Shown here: positions 55,986-58,236 of the stretch, piece by piece
Position numbering within the stretch: position 1 is the first letter of the stretch
Layout of the letters: each line of letters opens with the position of its first letter
From: Rhizaria sp. SCN 62-66
Taxonomy: Eukaryota
Direction: 5' to 3'
Assembly: GCA_001724265.1 (NCBI GenBank)
Contig: MEDY01000180.1
Span: forward strand, 1 to 58,236
DNA: 58,236 nucleotides
Program-made: the position numbers and the translations under genes
The notes under the pieces: generated by a model
Told to the model about the DNA's origin: nothing
Databases searched by the model: none
The model's input: only the letters and a program-made list of their open reading frames with translations

Positions 55986-58236
55986 ATGCTGAGACGCAGT
56001 CGATGGGGGGCATTGCGCCTCCTGTCTCTCATTGCTCTTGTGATGCTCATGGCATCTATGGTCTCTGCACAGTGGTACTACAGCACCACGAAGTCCTCCG
56101 TCCATATAGCCTACGAGACGGCGGGTCAAACCTGCATCGAACAACTACCGTCGTTGCACGGCAGGTGGTTGCACGTTCTACATGTACTATGGCAAAACTG
56201 AGGCATATGCGCTTGACTATGGCTGCGTCAACACGATTACTAACTCCTTTAACTACTGCGGCGAGTGGTCGCCACGAGGCCTCAACTGTTGGTGTGATGA
56301 TGCCTGTTGCTCTTATAACGACTGCTGCTGGGACAACGTGCGCAACTGCAAGGCGCCGCTCATTGACGGCGTACAGCCCACCCGTGCGCCGACAGGCCCC
56401 TTGAAGTCAACCATTCTCACGCTCACCGGCGACGGCTTCGCCTGCCGCGACAAGTCCACGACCCCGCAGGCGTACGTCACCATGCACAACATGCGCGGCG
56501 CGGCTCGCCCCGCGAACAACATCAGCCCCAACGCCTACGTTGTGCCCACCAGTACGATGATCGCGACGACGCAGCTGTACACCTCGTTCTACTTGCCCTA
56601 GGACTACGGCCCCAACTGGTACTTTATCCTGCGTAACTGCTACTTCGTGGTCGGTCCCGCGTCCGCAGACCTCTTCTCGTACAACGTGCCGTCGCTGGAG
56701 GGCCTCTCGCCGACGACGGGCGCGACCCGTGGTGGCAAGGCCGTACTCGTGCTTTCGACGATGCAGGGAACGAGCTTCGGCAACAGTGTACCACTCACGG
56801 CCGGTCTCACCGTCGCGCGCTATTACTGCACGCTCAGCAACGGCTCAACCGGCGTCTTCAGCACGGTGTACAACACCAATATGACAGTGACCAACCACAC
56901 GAAGCTGATCTTCTACCACCCGGCTGGTGAGGGCACGTGCAGTGTCTCGCTCGAAGTGAGCTCGCAGTCTGTGTCCGTGTCGCGCCTGTCGTTCGCCTAC
57001 CAGCCGCCGACGATCACGTCCGTGACCCCGTCAGTGTCGCTCACGCCTGGCACCTCGATCACCCTCAGGGGACAGAACTTCGGCGTCACGCCCAGCGTCA
57101 CCGTCGCCGACATCTCCTGTCCGGTTACGAGCAGCACCGTCGACGGCACGACCGAAGTCCTGGTCTGCACGCTGCCGCTGGGCTACCGCGTGTCGCAGCC
57201 CGTCGTTGTGGCCGCCGGCGGCCAGCGCAGTAACGTCGTCTACGTGTCGTACGCGGCGCCGGTCATCAGTATCGTCAGCCCGTCGACCGGCCCCACGGCC
57301 GGCAGTACCGCCGTGACGCTTACCGGCACCGGCTTCTACATCAGCGGCTCGATGATCTTCGGCGGCACGACGTACGCGTCGACAAACACGACGATGTTCA
57401 CGAGCTGGACGACGACCCAGATCGTGTTCAAGACGCCTGCCGGACAGGGCAAGAACGTGGCCATCTACCTCGTCGTCGGTGACCAGCTCTCGGCCACGCC
57501 CGGCGCCTTCAGCTACAACGCGCCCGTGATCGCGAACGCCACGCCCAAGCCCGGCGCGTCGGGCGCCACGCTCACGATTACGGGTACTGACTTCGGCACC
57601 AGTGGCTCCGTCGCCGTCTCCGGCCTCGACTGCGCCATTTTGACGCACGCCACGACCCAGATCACGTGCACCATCCCGACGGGCTACGGCAACAACAAGG
57701 CCATCCTCGTGACCATCAGCTCGCAGTCGTCCAACTCGTATGCGTGGAGCTACCCCGTGCCAGTGGTTTCGACAGTGAGCCCGCTCACCGGCGGCACCGA
57801 AGGCGGCTACAAGCTCACCATTGAGGGTCAGTACTTTGGCGACACGGGCAGCTTGCTCTTGGGCGCCATTGGCACGGCCACGTCGGGCATCAACTGCGTT
57901 AGTTCCTCCTGGACCGCCACGAAGATCATTTGCGAGCTCGCCTCTGGCAGCGGTCAGAACCTCTACGCCATCGTCTCCTCCGGTGGCCAGACCGGCGCCG
58001 CCCCCATGGGGTACCTCTTCTCGTACGGCGCGCCCACGGTTACTTCCGTGACGCCGCTGACGGGCTCCACGTCCGGTAGCACGCAGCTTATCATCACGGG
58101 CACCAACTACGGCTCCAGCACCGTCGCGCAGGCCGCAGGCGTCGTCACCATCCGGTACGACTCGCTCGCCGGCGGCGCCAACTGCACGCTGCAGTCGCGC
58201 GACCACACGCAGCTGCTGTGCTCGACCAGCATCGGT
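55986..58236 (+). CDS. Secreted/surface protein: signal peptide, somatomedin-B-like domain and multiple IPT/TIG repeats. Contains an in-frame TAG (56599) and a frame discontinuity near 56125-56165; runs off the window
   Basis: Signal peptide MLRRSRWGALRLLSLIALVMLMASMVSA. SMB-like CWCDDACCSYNDCCWD. Repeated P-x-I-x-x-V-x-P...ITLxGxNFG...CTLPxGxG...FSY units, open from 56602 to the window end. Confidence 0.8.

Noticed and set aside
56107-56109. A fifth in-frame TAG in the body frame of the TIG gene
   Set aside because: It lies upstream of the likely frame switch, where the signal-peptide frame is the convincing one, and a TGA at 56041 closes this frame. Not counted as evidence.
43-58206. Many long antisense or alternative-frame ORFs in the track (e.g. 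3316-4824 +, 27823-28959 -, 29797-31686 -, 53919-55316 -, 57031-58206 -)
   Set aside because: They are shadows of GC-rich, codon-biased genes on the other strand or frame, with no recognisable domains.

Overview
GC-rich, gene-dense eukaryotic (probably protist) nuclear DNA with short AT-rich GT-AG introns, nearly all beginning GTACG. About 16 protein-coding genes can be reconstructed by eye: CCZ1 (partial), a giant SART3/Prp24, a DPP3-family protein lacking its zinc motifs, a C2+EF-hand protein, FAM32A, SEC11, a low-complexity protein with a possible chromo-like end, a mitochondrial mS26-like protein, SYF1/XAB2, a 1522-codon repeat+MORN protein, a CBS-domain protein, HACL1, an ankyrin protein, RPB4, YIF1 and a secreted SMB+IPT/TIG protein (partial). 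The main signal is that TAG behaves as a sense codon. Four ORFs at 33965-38533 join into one frame across three TAGs, and a fourth TAG sits inside an IPT/TIG domain at 56599. None of the 14 gene ends in the window uses TAG (7 TAA, 7 TGA; one end is uncertain). This points to a variant nuclear code (UAG = amino acid, UAA/UGA = stop) or to systematic UAG recoding. All family assignments come from recognising motifs by eye, not from database searches.
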